A stretch of 64,000 nucleotides of DNA from assembly GCA_951406725.2 (NCBI GenBank), contig OX597818.1, positions 105,090,001-105,154,000 of the forward strand, in the 5' to 3' direction. A program made the position numbers and the translations under genes. The notes beneath the pieces are model-generated. The model was not told the origin of the DNA. It did no database searches and worked only from the letters and a program-made list of their open reading frames with translations. This DNA is from Octopus vulgaris. Its lineage: Eukaryota. This document shows, piece by piece, positions 62,471 to 64,000 of this stretch (position 1 is the first letter of the stretch; each line of letters begins with the position of its first letter).

Positions 62471-63269
62471 TGAGTGAGAGAGCAGTTCATGCCATCAAAG
62501 TGACACTGGGGTAAAATATACGAAGCCCAATATACCCATCATGACTACCCGTCTGATAAAGGTACACCAGGCACATGCATCACAACCATATGTGCGCGAC
62601 ATGGTGATCTCATATCAAGATAAACAGCACATGACCTTGCAGGTGGGGCCCAGTTAGAATTTTCTTCAGGTTGAGTAGCCCATCCCGCTCAAACGGTCCC
62701 TGAATAAGGGTTGTTTAAGGATGTTGAAAGAACCACCCATGTTTCCAGAGGTGAACTATTCAAACCCCAAAGAATCCCTCTCAACACATGGCTATGATGC
62801 TCCCCCACTACTTCTGCTCGTGATCAGAGATGCACATATCATCAGCCACTAAGGGACATGCTCAACTGGTTAAGGTCAAACAACTGACAAGCAAATCTGT
62901 GGTATTGAGCAGAATATTTGCTGTAGCCCATCTTTTATACCAAGACAAAACAATGTACATGATAACACTTCCAATTATTATTATTATTATTATTATTATC
63001 ATTATTATTATTATTATTATTTGGCCAGCGAGCTGGCAAACAAGGCGGCGAGCTGGCAGACAGGGCAGTGAGCTGGCAGAGTTGTTAGCACACTGGACGA
63101 AATGCTTAACAGCATTTCGCCTGTCACTACATTCTGAGTTCAAATTACACCAAGGTTGACTTTGCCTTTCAACCTTTTGATAAATTAAGCACTAGTTGCA
63201 TACTGGGGTTGACCTAATCGACTGACCCCCTTCCCCCAAAATTTCAAGCCTTCTGCCTATAGTAGAAAG

Positions 63270-63301
<32 letters not shown>

Positions 63302-64000
63302 GTGAGAGAGCAGTGCACGCCATCAAAGTGAGACTAGGGTACAAATATACAAAGCCCAATATACCCATTATGACTACCTGCCTGATAAGGGTACACCAGG
63401 CACATGCATCATAACCATATATGTGTGTCATAATGATTTCATATCAAGATAAACAGTGCATGACCTTGGAGGTGAGGCCTGGTTACAATTTTCAAGTTGA
63501 GTAGCCCATCCTGATCAAAAGGCCCCTGAATAAGGATTGTTTAAGGATTTTGAACAAAACATCCATGATTCCAGAGGTGAATTATTCAAACCCCAAAGTA
63601 TTCCTCTCAACACATGGCTATGATGCTCCCCCACTACTTCTGCTTATGATCAGAGATGCACATATTGTCAGCCACCAAGGGACATGCCCAACTGGTTAAG
63701 ATCAAGCAACTGACAAGCAAATCTGTGGTACTGAGCAGAATATTTGCTGCAGCCCACATTTTACACCAAGGCAAAACATATAGATGATAACGCTTCCAAT
63801 CAGTTAAGATCAGAAGCCATGAGAGTCAGTGCCTGGTATTGCACCAGGGCATTTATTATTATTACTATTATTGAGTGAGAGAGCAGTGCATGCCATCAAA
63901 GTGACACTGGGGTAAAACATATGAAGCCCAGTACACCCATCATAACTACCCGTTTGATAAGGGTACACCAGGCACATGCATCACAACCATATGTGCACGA
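62471..64000 (-). mobile_element. Three head-to-tail copies of a ~550-bp non-coding element in (TAA)n
   Basis: Copies start at 62471, about 63300 and about 63872 (gagtgagagagcagt..atgccatcaaagtgacactgggg), each bounded by (TTA)n; a SINE B lies at 63043-63270. Confidence 0.85.

Overview
AT-rich, repeat-dense eukaryotic DNA. The (TA)n/(CA)n/(CAT)n microsatellites, tRNA-derived SINE families and RTE LINEs look like an octopus (coleoid cephalopod) genome; this is inferred from the repeat content. Most ORFs in the supplied track are artefacts of microsatellites or repeats. Content supported by the sequence: (1) A minus-strand host transcription unit with exons at about 31.5, 21.7, 10.2 and 2.1 kb. 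These splice in frame to an unknown 100-aa ORF whose stop lies 2 nt before the ATG of a CYTH/CyaB-like (class IV adenylate cyclase fold) protein, so the mRNA may be bicistronic. There is also a probable divergent promoter at about 31.7-33.1 kb. (2) A near-full-length RTE LINE (APE, RT, PHD finger) with tandem ~367-bp 5' monomers, plus many truncated RTE copies. (3) Remnants of Gypsy, hAT (with an intron), mariner, Penelope, CR1, CRE-like and R4/Dong-like LINEs, and two composite Helitrons, one carrying an NRF1-motif minisatellite. (4) About a dozen type I hammerhead-ribozyme motifs of differing sequence. They sit in a Penelope pseudo-LTR, in ~350-bp retrozyme-like units and in long inverted-repeat elements embedded in (TA)n; many have palindromic stem III and a much extended stem II. 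Coordinates of degenerate repeats are approximate and were read by eye.
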